A stretch of DNA of 64,000 bases from an uncultured Verrucomicrobiota bacterium (GTDB lineage Bacteria > Verrucomicrobiota > Verrucomicrobiia > Limisphaerales > UBA8199): NCBI GenBank assembly GCA_964401575.1, contig CAYNZC010000005.1, forward strand, positions 11,137-75,136, given 5' to 3'. The notes under the pieces are model-generated. The model was not told where the DNA came from and did no database searches. It saw nothing but the letters and a program-made list of their open reading frames with translations. A program made the translations under genes and the position numbers. The first letter of the stretch is position 1. Each line of letters opens with the position of its first letter. Positions 1 through 9,598 of the stretch are shown here, one piece after another.

Positions 1-1939
1 CGTGTGGGGATGGCTCGCTGGCACGGACGAAAAAGGAGAAGTGCTTTGAGACCTGATCGAATGGCGGCAGGAGCGAGAATTCGAAGAAGCGCTGAAGTTC
101 TGTGGAGGGTTTTGCCAACCCGAGAGCGGCCGGGACAAGGGACCTGGGCTGGTTGGTCGAGGTGTTTGCGGAGCGTTCCGCTTCGTATCCGGGACGAACC
201 AGAGCGGACTGGTTTTCGTAAAGCAACAGGCTCGTCGCGGGTCTGGAGACGACTGTCACTGCTTCGCGCAATCCCGGCAGATTCTTGAGTGCCGCCGTGT
301 TGGTTCCCGGTCCACGGAGAAACTCTTCGATCAAGCCGGCATCCGTAGAGATGGCTACGTAGTTGCTTGTTGCGGTGTAGTGCAGCGTGCGGCCGGGAGG
401 GACGGACGGCAGGGTCTCGAACGGCAAGGGGACCGGGGGCAGGGGCACCGAGTAAATCCTGTGGCCCTGGAACTCCCGTTGAACGGGGTTTTCGGCTTCC
501 GCAGAAAGGAATATGAGGATTCGCTGCAGAGCAGCAGCCACTTGTTCGGGGCGCCGGGAAGATACGGCCAGAAGACTCGGACCTGCTTCCTGGTTCGCGG
601 CGCCGGGGCGCGGGACCTTGCTGAACTTTATGAAATCGTCTCCGAGATTTCCGAGAAGGTTTGAGCGCACGTCGAAGCCGGGTTCCTTCAGGCGGGCGGC
701 TTCATTTGCAGTATTCAGGATGAAATCGGTGGTGCCGGTCCACTGCGTAGAGATCTGTGACATCATTTCCTGAAACGTGTTCCATGCGTTCAAGCCCTCC
801 ATGCGCCAGCGTTGAAAACGGACAGCATTCGCGGGAACCCATGCGGGCACGGAGGTGTCGCCGGGCTTGCCGGCAAAGAGCCTTAGCAGGCCCTGCCTTT
901 CGTTTTCCGGGACGTTGAGCAGCAGCTCAAACCTGCAACCATTGGTAGCATTGATGGCCGCAAAGCCGATTGATTTCAGCGCTGTGAGACCGCTGCTTTG
1001 AATGAGATTTGCCGGGTCCAGCGCATCGGGGCTGGCGGGGGTGGATTTCAGTGCGGCGGTGCGGTAGCCCTCCAAAAGCGGTTTTGGATTAAGCCAGATA
1101 CGGAAGACGGCGTTGGTGAAAATGTGATTGTGGCAAACCTTGTAAGAGGGTTGGTCCGCGAGAACGGGCGAGGCCCGGCCGGAAATGCGCGTGACAACCT
1201 TGTCAATAGCGATCTGGGAGGTGCCGACGATCAGGAGGGCGTTGACCTGGCCGACAAAAAGTTCTTTGCGCGCCCCGTGGCTGTTTGTCGGTGCACCCGT
1301 GATGAGTTGCTGGGACACGAGTTGCACGGGCAGCAACATGTCCACCTGGTGGAGCGCACTGTTGGTGGAAATCTCGAATACAGAGAATGGATGCCCGGCG
1401 ATCGTGCAATGACGCGCCGGCTTGCCTGTCTTCTGCTGCCAGTGATTGCGCATCGTTGCAAGCCGCGCCTGGAGGTTCGTCGTTCCGGGGCCACTATCGA
1501 GGATGGCAATCCAACCGGGCCGATTTGTGGATTTTGCATCCCACCCATCCTGAGTCAGAGCAATGGTGGCGGAGTCTTTAAAGAGACTTTTCCAGCCATG
1601 GTCCCCGATGCCGAATTCTTCGCGGAAGGTTTTGAGAAAATGCTGATCGAATTTTTTGCAAAAATTGTCTCTGAACGGCTTGAGCAGGGGGTCGTTCCAG
1701 AGTCTTCCGTAAGGCGTGCGGCCAAGGAAGGCAAATGCCTTTGGCGCCTGGGGAGTGGTGACAAAAGCGATTGTGTCTTCGGGCAGAAAGATTTCGGGCT
1801 GAAAAGTTTGTTCAGCGGCGCGGAGTTGAACGCAGGAAAGCGCCCAGACGCAGGCGACAGCGAGGCGGCAGACCGACCTGAAGAGTGCCGGGCGGCGGGG
1901 TTGTCGCGAGTGGCGCTGCTGCATGACTGCCAGGTTCAT
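1..1939 (-). CDS. Secreted hypothetical protein; C-terminus cut by window edge
   Basis: Absent from the ORF track because it has no stop inside the window. Manual translation of the minus frame from ATG at 1939 stays open to base 2: MNLAVMQQRHSRQPRRPALFRSVCRLAVACVWALSCVQLRAAEQTFQPEIFLPEDTIAFVT... The N-terminus looks like a signal peptide. The listed + ORF 998..2089 is its Arg/Gly-rich shadow. Confidence 0.6.
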   Translation of the reverse strand, partial: MNLAVMQQRHSRQPRRPALFRSVCRLAVACVWALSCVQLRAAEQTFQPEIFLPEDTIAFVTTPQAPKAFAFLGRTPYGRLWNDPLLKPFRDNFCKKFDQHFLKTFREEFGIGDHGWKSLFKDSATIALTQDGWDAKSTNRPGWIAILDSGPGTTNLQARLATMRNHWQQKTGKPARHCTIAGHPFSVFEISTNSALHQVDMLLPVQLVSQQLITGAPTNSHGARKELFVGQVNALLIVGTSQIAIDKVVTRISGRASPVLADQPSYKVCHNHIFTNAVFRIWLNPKPLLEGYRTAALKSTPASPDALDPANLIQSSGLTALKSIGFAAINATNGCRFELLLNVPENERQGLLRLFAGKPGDTSVPAWVPANAVRFQRWRMEGLNAWNTFQEMMSQISTQWTGTTDFILNTANEAARLKEPGFDVRSNLLGNLGDDFIKFSKVPRPGAANQEAGPSLLAVSSRRPEQVAAALQRILIFLSAEAENPVQREFQGHRIYSVPLPPVPLPFETLPSVPPGRTLHYTATSNYVAISTDAGLIEEFLRGPGTNTAALKNLPGLREAVTVVSRPATSLLLYENQSALVRPGYEAERSANTSTNQPRSLVPAALGLAKPSTELQRFFEFSLLPPFDQVSKHFSFFVRASEPSPH

Positions 1940-1965
1940 TTCAGATGGTATTGCGCCGGAACCCG

Positions 1966-2583
1966 TCAGGTGGTCAGTTCCACGAAGTTCGTGAGGAGAC
2001 GGAGGCCGACCTGCTGGCTCTTCTCCGGATGGAATTGTGTTGCATACACGTTGTCTCGCCACACTGAAGATGCGAAGCGGCAGCCGTAATCCGTCCAGGT
2101 TGCCGTGATGGATAGATCCTCTGGAACGGGGAAGAAACTGTGGACGAAATAGACATAGCTGCGATTTGGCAGGCCCCTGTAGAGAGGGCAGGCTGGCTGA
2201 ACGATTTCGATCTGATTCCATCCAATTTGAGGAACTTTAAGACCTTGCGTTTCAGGGAAGCGAACCACCTCCCCCTTGAAGATGCCAAGGCCCGGGGCTT
2301 TGCTATTGAATTCATGGCTGCGTTCGAAAAGTGCTTGATAACCAACGCAAATGCCGAGAAAAGGCTTTCCGGTGGCGATGAACTCGCGGCACGCGGCGAA
2401 CATGCGGCTCCTGTCGAGCGCGTTCAGGCAGTCATCAAAAGCTCCGACTCCTGGCAAAACGACGGCATCACAGCCGGGCATCGCCTCGGGATCAGTTATC
2501 AATTGGACTTGTGCGCCGACCTTGACCAGCGCTCTGTGAACGCTGCGCAAGTTTCCGGCGCCATAATCGATCAATCCGATCAT
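1966..2583 (-). CDS. hisH: Imidazole glycerol phosphate synthase, glutamine amidotransferase subunit
   Basis: ORF 1966..2790. The family-typical N-terminus MIGLIDYGAGNLRSV begins at internal ATG 2583. Class I GATase motifs are present: GICVGYQ (Cys) and QFHPEKS (His/Glu). Confidence 0.9.
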   Translation of the reverse strand: MIGLIDYGAGNLRSVHRALVKVGAQVQLITDPEAMPGCDAVVLPGVGAFDDCLNALDRSRMFAACREFIATGKPFLGICVGYQALFERSHEFNSKAPGLGIFKGEVVRFPETQGLKVPQIGWNQIEIVQPACPLYRGLPNRSYVYFVHSFFPVPEDLSITATWTDYGCRFASSVWRDNVYATQFHPEKSQQVGLRLLTNFVELTT

Positions 2584-2761
2584 CCGGACAGGATAGAGAC
2601 CCTGGCCCCGCTGCGCAATCCGCCCTGTGGCATTTACTTTTTGGAACGCACGCGCGGCGGAACGAGTCTTTCCTTTCAGCACCGGGCAACCATCGAACCC
2701 CACGAGCAGCACCCTGGCGAGGATTGCCACGCAATCCGGCCGGTTCGACTTTGGACGGTAT

Positions 2762-2788
2762 AAAAAAAGCGGCTCCACACGGAGCCGC
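2762..2788 (-). terminator. Rho-independent terminator downstream of the heparinase-like gene
   Basis: Perfect 8-bp stem GCGGCTCC (2769-2776) / GGAGCCGC (2781-2788) with a 4-nt loop. On the minus strand it is followed by a T7 run (A7 at 2762-2768 on plus). Confidence 0.7.
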
Positions 2789-2943
2789 ATCTGGCGGAGG
2801 GTCGAAGTTGCTACCTTTCGAATTCAAGCGACTTCGGTCAACCACCCGCCCAAGTCCGGGAACAGAATCTCCTCTGGGGCAGGTTTTCACAACCCGGGGA
2901 AATTCGTATTTCGAACCCGGGGAAAATCCGGGGACAGATGATT

Positions 2944-4806
2944 CTACTCGCCCAATCTGACTTCGAGCGTGCCGTTCGAGAATGGTTTCAAGACAACCTC
3001 GAAGCCGACGATTGACACGCCAGGGTTTGGGGCATCGTAATCGTGCGGACCCGTTGCGGGCCAGACCTTGAGGGTGGCGGTTTCCGGGGATAGGACACTT
3101 ATTGGAAGCCTTTTTCCATTGAGCTCGAGCGTGCCGGCGCGGTCGCCATTGGTTTTTAGAGTGGCGCGCGTGACGATTGCCCAACGGATTTTTGCGGGTG
3201 CTTTGCCGGCAACAACGTCATCCCGGACGGTAACTCCCCGCTGAGCAAACGAGAAGCGGCGCACTGCGCTGGAGAGGTGGGCGTTGTAGATTTTGCTCAT
3301 GTCCAGGACTGCATGCGCGTTTTCGGGGCCTGGAGAGAAACTAATGATGTCAGCCCTGCCTGAGACCGTTTGTTCATCGTCATTGACGAGCAACGTGCTG
3401 TGTGCGCGGTTGTGGTAGCGGAAGATTTTCCAGCGGTCCGAGTCCTGGGCCTTGTTCCAGAGGCGGATTCCGCGCTGCTCAAGCTCATTGTAACCCTGTG
3501 CGCCCAGGTCCATTGACCAGCGTTCTCCAAAGGCGTCCAGAACGAACGATCCGACATCCATATGCGCGTGGTTGGCCGAGGGTGTGCCTCCCTTGATTGC
3601 AAGGAAAAGGGCGTTTGGATTGGACCATGAAGTTCGGAAAACCGCCAGTGGGTTCTCTCCGCGGGCCATCCACGATTTATCTGTCGGTTCCGTGAGTCTG
3701 GCGCCGGCTTCAGCCCATACGAGAGTCAGCGGGAACAGACGATCCACGGACGACCTGCCCTTGGAGTGGCGGACAGCGGCGACCTGCCTGGCCAGTCGAT
3801 CCCACTGCAGCCAGAGGAGGTGCGGGCTGGATGTGCGGGAGGCGAACCAGAACGCGGCCGGATTGAAATGCTCTCCGGCACCGGCGTCACTGAAATTGAA
3901 CGGCAGCCCGGTCGGTCCCGTGGTGTGCAGGGGAAAATCCGCGGCCTTGAGGAAGCCGGGCATGCGGCTCAGGCCGAAGTCTGTGCCCAGGGCGGACTCG
4001 ATCATGGCGATTGCCAGCACATTGAAGGTTGTGCCGTAATGCCAATAGGAGGGGCCTTCCGGGTAGTTCCCGTCGGGGTCATAGACCTTCATCGAAAAGG
4101 GCAGACCATCCACCGCGCGGCGAACGACGAGGGCCGTTCTCTCGGGATTGTCCTCAGCCAGCGCCAAAGCGCCGGCCAGCATTCCGGCGTGGCACACTTG
4201 GTTCCAGTTGTTTCCGCCCCGCTCCCATCCATGTTTTGAGCCGGGCTTCAGGTATGGGCCGAGGCCTTTTTCCTCGATTGCCTTGCGGCCGAGGGATCTT
4301 ATCTCGGGTGAGAGATCTTGGTACAGCCAGTCGTAAGCAATCGCGAGCGCAAGAGTCATCTCAGCCACATCCAGAAAATGCGAAGGATTCCAATCCGGCA
4401 TTGCCGACATCGCCTTTATTTCCGCCTCGACACGTTCTACGAACCGGTGGTCACCGGTCATGCGAAAGGCGAATGAAAGGTGCGTGATGCGGTCCAGGGC
4501 TTCGCGTGATCTACTAAGCAACCGCCGTCCCTCTTTGCGATACACCACCGGGGGTTCGGAGAGTTGGTGCGTGGCGGTGAGCAGGGCGGCGTCCCATGCC
4601 TCCTTGAGGCGCGGGTCATTGCCCCGCTTGTTTTGGATCTGCTGTTGTGCGGCCCTGGGCCAAAGAAGGCGTGGGTGAGCAGGTGCTTTCTTAACCCGTT
4701 CCAGGATGGCGGCGGTGTCTGGCTGATCCTTTTGTTGTGCCAGGCCATGAAAGGCCAAAAGCAGGATTGCGACGATGGCAAGGCGGGCGTGTTTTTGCAT
4801 GAGCAT
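2944..4806 (-). CDS. Heparinase II/III-family (polysaccharide lyase-like) secreted protein
   Basis: ORF 2944..4824 opens at GTG. The first ATG at 4806 gives signal peptide MLMQKHARLAIVAILLLAFHGLAQQ. The core GGNNWNQVCHAGM...YPEGPSYWHYGT...ANHAHMDVGSF is typical of the heparinase II/III-like fold. Confidence 0.8.
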   Translation of the reverse strand: MLMQKHARLAIVAILLLAFHGLAQQKDQPDTAAILERVKKAPAHPRLLWPRAAQQQIQNKRGNDPRLKEAWDAALLTATHQLSEPPVVYRKEGRRLLSRSREALDRITHLSFAFRMTGDHRFVERVEAEIKAMSAMPDWNPSHFLDVAEMTLALAIAYDWLYQDLSPEIRSLGRKAIEEKGLGPYLKPGSKHGWERGGNNWNQVCHAGMLAGALALAEDNPERTALVVRRAVDGLPFSMKVYDPDGNYPEGPSYWHYGTTFNVLAIAMIESALGTDFGLSRMPGFLKAADFPLHTTGPTGLPFNFSDAGAGEHFNPAAFWFASRTSSPHLLWLQWDRLARQVAAVRHSKGRSSVDRLFPLTLVWAEAGARLTEPTDKSWMARGENPLAVFRTSWSNPNALFLAIKGGTPSANHAHMDVGSFVLDAFGERWSMDLGAQGYNELEQRGIRLWNKAQDSDRWKIFRYHNRAHSTLLVNDDEQTVSGRADIISFSPGPENAHAVLDMSKIYNAHLSSAVRRFSFAQRGVTVRDDVVAGKAPAKIRWAIVTRATLKTNGDRAGTLELNGKRLPISVLSPETATLKVWPATGPHDYDAPNPGVSIVGFEVVLKPFSNGTLEVRLGE

Positions 4807-4860
4807 TTCAACCAATGGTCGCACAGCCTTTGCGGGATCCTCCTGCGCTCCAGGGGGGGA

Positions 4861-5277
4861 TTAATACTTTTTCGAGAACTTCTTGTGTGACTCCTCGGAC
4901 GAGGCGCCAGGTGTCGATTCTCCGGAGGGCGCTGGCGTGGCCGCTGGCTTTGCATCGCCGTGGGTTTGACTCGGTTGGGCTTTATCGCCCTCCTCGACAG
5001 CCTCGACAAAGGTCATGCGCAGGTTCATGAGAGATTGCTTCAGCAGCGCGGCCTCATCGTTGGAAAGGTTGCCCCTGGTTTTGCTTTCGAGCATTTCCAG
5101 TTGATCAATGAAGAGCCGGGCAGCCTCCAGGTCTTTTGGCGCCTTCTCCGCCCCGGGCATCTGGGTGCGGCCCATGAGCATCATGGCCATGCTGAATTGT
5201 TGCATGACAAGGCTGGAGAAAAGAGCCGACTGATGCTCCTGACTTTGCGCTTTCCCGGGGTCGGAATTGTTACTCAT
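4861..5277 (-). CDS. DUF1844 domain protein
   Basis: LFSSLVMQQFSMAMMLMG...IDQLEMLESKTRGNLSNDEAALLKQSLMNLRMTFVE matches my recollection of the DUF1844 consensus. Its ATG overlaps the upstream stop by 4 nt (ATGA at 5274-5277). Confidence 0.7.
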   Translation of the reverse strand: MSNNSDPGKAQSQEHQSALFSSLVMQQFSMAMMLMGRTQMPGAEKAPKDLEAARLFIDQLEMLESKTRGNLSNDEAALLKQSLMNLRMTFVEAVEEGDKAQPSQTHGDAKPAATPAPSGESTPGASSEESHKKFSKKY

Positions 5278-5942
5278 GATGCATCACCTTGACGTTTTTC
5301 GCGGATTTCCGCCAGCAAAAAGCGAATCAGGCGCTCGAGGCGTCGCTCGACCTCGACAGTTTCGAGGATGGCTTGTCGCTGGGTGGCTCCAGGCAGGACG
5401 GCGCAGGAGACCAGATCCGCCGTCTGCTCGGGGCTCGTGATGGAATCGAGGTAAGAAAGGATGTCTTTAGCGGTAAAGCCGTGATTATCTTTTTTTGCTC
5501 TGCCGGGCACGACAGGGAACGGAAAAGGCAGGCCAAGCTCGATGCGCACTTGAAGCAATTCACGGACCTTTGCGACAAGCGCGTCCACTTTGACGGTGTC
5601 ACAAGGGGGGGTTGGCAGGCGGCGAATGCGTTGGATGCGGTAGGGTTTGTAACGAACGGCTTGCTCGAGCTCTACCCGTGCGATTCCCTGGAGGATGAGG
5701 TGCGAGGTGCCGTCGCGGTGGCCGACGGATACGCGGATGAGCCCCAGGCCGGCTACAGTCGCGGGGCTTTCGCGGTTCGAGCCAGGGCGTTGCATGGCAA
5801 CCGAGAACATTCGATGCGAGTCGAGGGCGTCGGCCAGCATCTTGCGGTAGCGCGGCTCAAAAATGTAGAGTGGAAGCAACGCTTGTGGAAACAGGGTTGC
5901 GTTCGGCAACGTCATTACCGGCACCTCGCGCGGTATCTTCAT
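5274..5942 (-). CDS. Stand-alone LON N-terminal substrate-binding domain protein (no AAA+ or protease domain)
   Basis: ORF 5274..6311. The long N-terminal extension would overlap cobA/hemD and is Arg/Ser-rich. Internal ATG 5942 gives MKIPREVPVMTLPNATLFPQALLPLYIFEPRYRKM, the canonical start of a LON substrate-binding domain. Confidence 0.8.
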   Translation of the reverse strand: MKIPREVPVMTLPNATLFPQALLPLYIFEPRYRKMLADALDSHRMFSVAMQRPGSNRESPATVAGLGLIRVSVGHRDGTSHLILQGIARVELEQAVRYKPYRIQRIRRLPTPPCDTVKVDALVAKVRELLQVRIELGLPFPFPVVPGRAKKDNHGFTAKDILSYLDSITSPEQTADLVSCAVLPGATQRQAILETVEVERRLERLIRFLLAEIREKRQGDAS

Positions 5943-5967
5943 AGGTGTAACATAGAAGAGAGTTGTC

Positions 5968-7515
5968 TCAACGCAAGGGGGCCGGCCTGGATTTCGTTTC
6001 AGCGTCCAGCAGCGTGCGGACGAGGCCATCGACCGTGTGTTCCTTCGCCTCGATGGCGGGGGAAAGGCCGAGCTTTCTGATCGCCTTGGTCGTCTCAGGT
6101 CCGATGGATGCCAGGCGCATAGACGGGAACTTTGCAGCCAGCGCCGGGAGGTCGAACCGCTGGTGAAAATGGGAGACCGTGGAACCGCTGGTGAATGTAA
6201 CCCAGTCTGCTCCGGACTCGGCGAGCGCAGCCGCTGCGCCTGTGACATCCTGAGTTTCCGCCACCGTTTTGTAGCAGGCGATGTCATCCACGATGGCCCC
6301 TTCCTTTTCAAGGTCGCGCGGCAATTCGGGGTTGGCTACTTCAGCACGGAGCAGGCAGATCTTGAGATTCTCGATGCTCTCGAATGAGGTCAGCGCCTTT
6401 GGGAGGCTGGCCGCCAAAGCTTCCCGAGGGACGACATCCACCTGGAGGTGCAGCGCCCGCAGTGCCTCCGCAGTGCCCGGTCCCACAGCGGCGATGCGGG
6501 CGCCGCCCAGATCGCGCAGATCCTGGAAGCGCTTGAAGAAATAGCCAAAGAAAGTGTTAACGCCGTTGGGGCTCGTGAAAACAAGCCAGTCGTAAGAATT
6601 GAGTTCGAGAAGAGCGTCCACGAGGCCTTGCCGATCCGTCGGAGGCTCCATCTTTATCGTGGGGACGGAGAGGACTTCCGCGCCCAGGTCCAGAAAGCGC
6701 TGTGCCAGCGTGCCGGCCTGTTCTGTGGCACGGGTGACGACGATCCGCCGCTGCCAGAGCAAGCCCTTTTCGAACCAGTTGAGTTTCTCCCGCAAGCGGA
6801 CCACGTCGCCGATCACAGCCACCGTTGGCGGGCCGATGCGCTCCTTAGCGACAACATCTGCGATGGTGGCGAGGGTGCCCGCGACAGACTGTTGGCGGGC
6901 GGTGGCGCCCCATCGGACGACCGCGATGGGCGTTCCGGGTGGCATGCCGTGCTTCACGAGAGTTGCGGCGATCTGGCCGATGCGTTCTGTGCCCATCATG
7001 ATCACCTTGGTGCCGGGAGTGGCGGCCACGTGCGGCCAGTCGATATTCGTGGCGCCCGTTTCCGGGTCCGCGTGTCCGGTGATGAGCGTGATTCTCGAGG
7101 CCATGTCGCGGTGCGTTAGGGGCACTCCTGCGTAGGCGGGCACTGCTGTGAACGAGGAGACGCCGGGAACGACTTCGAACGGAATGCCGGCTTCGGCAAG
7201 TTCCAGCCCTTCTTCGGCGCCACGGCCGAAGACGTAAGGATCTCCGCCTTTGAGGCGGACGACTGTTTTCCCTTCCCGTGCCTTGGAGATGAGCAGTCTG
7301 TTCAACTCGTCCTGGGGGATGGAGTGGTCGCGAACCCGTTTGCCGCCATAGATGACTTCCGCACCGTCTTTGGCTAAGCGCAAAATGTCCGCGTCCACCA
7401 AAGCGTCATAGACCACAACGTCTGCTTTTCGCAACAAATCGGCTCCGCGCAGAGTGAGCAGGTCGGTCCGACCGGGCCCTGCGCCCACAAGATATACTGT
7501 TCCTTTCACGCTCAT
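5968..7515 (-). CDS. cobA/hemD: Fused uroporphyrinogen-III C-methyltransferase / uroporphyrinogen-III synthase
   Basis: The N-terminal half is a SUMT fold (VYLVGAGPGRTDLLTLRG, GGDPYVFGRG, VPGVSS). The C-terminal half is HemD-like (WLVFTSPNGV...WVTFTSGSTV). Confidence 0.9.
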   Translation of the reverse strand: MSVKGTVYLVGAGPGRTDLLTLRGADLLRKADVVVYDALVDADILRLAKDGAEVIYGGKRVRDHSIPQDELNRLLISKAREGKTVVRLKGGDPYVFGRGAEEGLELAEAGIPFEVVPGVSSFTAVPAYAGVPLTHRDMASRITLITGHADPETGATNIDWPHVAATPGTKVIMMGTERIGQIAATLVKHGMPPGTPIAVVRWGATARQQSVAGTLATIADVVAKERIGPPTVAVIGDVVRLREKLNWFEKGLLWQRRIVVTRATEQAGTLAQRFLDLGAEVLSVPTIKMEPPTDRQGLVDALLELNSYDWLVFTSPNGVNTFFGYFFKRFQDLRDLGGARIAAVGPGTAEALRALHLQVDVVPREALAASLPKALTSFESIENLKICLLRAEVANPELPRDLEKEGAIVDDIACYKTVAETQDVTGAAAALAESGADWVTFTSGSTVSHFHQRFDLPALAAKFPSMRLASIGPETTKAIRKLGLSPAIEAKEHTVDGLVRTLLDAETKSRPAPLR

Positions 7516-8483
7516 TTTTTTAATTCTGCCGCCATACGCTGCCCCAATTCGGCCGGGGCGTCCATCCTGCCGTGCAGTATTGCCCTGCGGGCGGGGCCGT
7601 GCGCAAAGGAAATCGCAGTCATGACCAGGTCCGACGTACTGGTCTGGGCGAGGGCCGCGACGGGGCTTTGACAGCCTCCGCCCATTGCGGAGAGGAAAGC
7701 TCTCTCAGCCGTTACACACCGGGCGGTTTCCGAGTTGTTGAGTTGCTCGCAGAGTCTTCGGGCCACCTCGTCGTTCGATCGAATCTCGATTCCAATTGCC
7801 CCTTGTCCGACGCACGGCAGCATCGTGTCCGCATCGAGGATGCATGCCAGCAACCCCGCGGGCACGTCTGAGCCTTCGATGCGGCCATCGGGCATAAAGC
7901 TGTAATTAAGCCGGTTCATGCCGGCGCATGCGAGCACTGTTGCGTCAAGTTCGGGATTTTCGGCGAGCTTTCGCAGCCTCGTGGCGACGTTACCACGAAT
8001 ATCCGGCGTTTGGATTCCGGGGGCGATCGCGCGCAACTGCGCTTTGCGGCGGGTGCTTGATGTTGCGATGGTGCTGTCTGCGGGCAGGTCGGCCAACGAT
8101 GTTCCTGGAGGGAAGCCGCGGCCGGCGCCACCGGACTGGCTGCGATAGATCAGCACATCGCGAACATCAGCTCTGCGCGTCACAGCTCCAAGGACGAGGC
8201 CGGAGGGAAGATCCGTGGGGAGATCCTTGAGACTATGCACCGCAAGTCCGGCCTCACCGTTTAGCAGTGCAATTTCCAGCTCTTTCGTGAATAGCCCTTT
8301 TGGAAGAGCGTGTCCTTCCTGGGCCATGGAGGCAGTCTGAAGTTTGTCGCCCGTGGTCTTGATGACCTTGATTTCAATGGCGAGGTTGGGGGCGGCGCGT
8401 CTGCATTGGTCCAGGACCATGTTTGCCTGGGCCAATGCCAGTGCGCTTCCTCGGGTTGCCAGGTAAAAGACGGGGTCAGGCAT
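7512..8483 (-). CDS. hemC: Hydroxymethylbilane synthase (porphobilinogen deaminase)
   Basis: LATRGSALALAQA...IKTTGDK...HSLKDLP, with the cofactor Cys context GGCQSPVAA. ATGA overlap with cobA/hemD at 7512-7515. Confidence 0.93.
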   Translation of the reverse strand: MPDPVFYLATRGSALALAQANMVLDQCRRAAPNLAIEIKVIKTTGDKLQTASMAQEGHALPKGLFTKELEIALLNGEAGLAVHSLKDLPTDLPSGLVLGAVTRRADVRDVLIYRSQSGGAGRGFPPGTSLADLPADSTIATSSTRRKAQLRAIAPGIQTPDIRGNVATRLRKLAENPELDATVLACAGMNRLNYSFMPDGRIEGSDVPAGLLACILDADTMLPCVGQGAIGIEIRSNDEVARRLCEQLNNSETARCVTAERAFLSAMGGGCQSPVAALAQTSTSDLVMTAISFAHGPARRAILHGRMDAPAELGQRMAAELKK

Positions 8484-8530
8484 GGGAATAATAGCAGTTT
8501 GCGGTATGTATTATTGATTGCTCGATCGCC

Positions 8531-9589
8531 TCAGCCTCCATAAGCCGGGTTTGTTGTCGAGGTGCTGTCGTTTGTGGCGCTACTGTGGCCAGTGAGAGCT
8601 TTTGCCTTTTGACGAATGATTTCTTCGCAACGGACGACCTCCTCCTGCCGCTGTCTGAGGTAACCGGTGGCAATGGCCTGTAGATCGTCCACATTGTAAA
8701 GGAACACGTTGTCCATGGCGTTGACCTCAGGGTCAATATCGCGGGGGACAGCAATATCGATCAGCACGAGGGGCTTGCCGCGTCTGAGCCTCATCAGGGG
8801 GAGGAGATTTGCCCGGTCCAGGATGTAGCCGGGGGCAGACGTGCTGGAAACCACGATGTCCACACCCGGGATTTGATTCGTCCAGTCACTCCAGGGAATG
8901 GTCCTGCCGTTTAACTCGCTGGCGAGTGCGGCCGATTTCTCGGGGGATCGGTTCGTGAAGAAGAGATTAGTAGCTCCGCGGGAACACAATGCGCGGGCGG
9001 TTTTTTCGCTGGTATCCCCCGCTCCGACGACGAGCACGCTTGCCTCGTTGAGATCGGAGAAGACCTTTTGCGCGAGCTCGACGGCCACCGAAGCCACTGA
9101 GACGCTGCCTCTCTGAATATTAGTTTCCGTGCGGATTTGTTTGGCGACATTAAAAGCGCGTTGGAACGCCTTGTTGAGCTTTGGACCGGTGAAACCTCCC
9201 TTGAACGCCAGTTCGTAGGCCTTCTTGAGCTGCCCCAGAATCTCGGTTTCGCCAATGACCATGGAATCCAGGCCGCAGGCAACACGGAAAAGGTGGTGAA
9301 GACTTTCAGGCTCCGTTCTGCTGTAAATCTCGTCCGTCAGCGGATCTCTGTAATCATGGCAACCGACGAGGAATTCCTGCATTGCGGGGAAGACTTTGGC
9401 GGGGGGCAGAGGTGTTGAGGCGTAAATCTCCACGCGGTTGCAGGTCGATAGAATCACTCCTTCATCAATCGTTCCCGCGTCCCGAAGCAGTTGGAGGGCG
9501 GGAGGAATTCGCGCGTCAGCGAAAGCGAACCGTTCGCGGATCACGACCGGCGCGGAATGATGGCTTAGGCCTAGGATGACGATGGGCAT
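8531..9589 (-). CDS. hemA: Glutamyl-tRNA reductase
   Basis: ILGLSHHSAPVVIRERF...LSTCNRVEIY (catalytic Cys) and NADPH-site VLVVGAGDTSE. Confidence 0.93.
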   Translation of the reverse strand: MPIVILGLSHHSAPVVIRERFAFADARIPPALQLLRDAGTIDEGVILSTCNRVEIYASTPLPPAKVFPAMQEFLVGCHDYRDPLTDEIYSRTEPESLHHLFRVACGLDSMVIGETEILGQLKKAYELAFKGGFTGPKLNKAFQRAFNVAKQIRTETNIQRGSVSVASVAVELAQKVFSDLNEASVLVVGAGDTSEKTARALCSRGATNLFFTNRSPEKSAALASELNGRTIPWSDWTNQIPGVDIVVSSTSAPGYILDRANLLPLMRLRRGKPLVLIDIAVPRDIDPEVNAMDNVFLYNVDDLQAIATGYLRQRQEEVVRCEEIIRQKAKALTGHSSATNDSTSTTNPAYGG

Positions 9590-9598
9590 GCCAGGCGG

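Noticed and set aside
998-2089. 363-aa + strand ORF
   Set aside because: Its composition is Arg/Gly/Cys-rich and non-protein-like. It lies antisense to a convincing minus-strand secreted-protein CDS and runs into hisH. It is a GC-rich shadow ORF.
2721-2737. Perfect 7-bp hairpin GGATTGC-GTG-GCAATCC upstream of hisH, whose loop matches the His anticodon GTG (possible tRNA-His mimic or T-box-like element)
   Set aside because: The triloop is too small for an anticodon loop, there are no other tRNA or T-box features and no His-codon leader peptide. The match is probably coincidental.
2851-2875. aagtccggg...acagaa strings reminiscent of RNase P RNA conserved regions CR-I and CR-V
   Set aside because: The two motifs are adjacent rather than separated by about 250 nt, they match only partially, and no P4 pairing is possible.
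5943-6311. N-terminal extensions of track ORFs (for example LON-N to 6311, hisH to 2790, isochorismatase to 34054, dapA to 42146, BatD to 33161, SGNH to 38683)
   Set aside because: The extensions overlap the upstream gene, are Arg/Pro/Ser-rich, and an internal ATG or GTG reproduces the family-typical N-terminus or a signal peptide.
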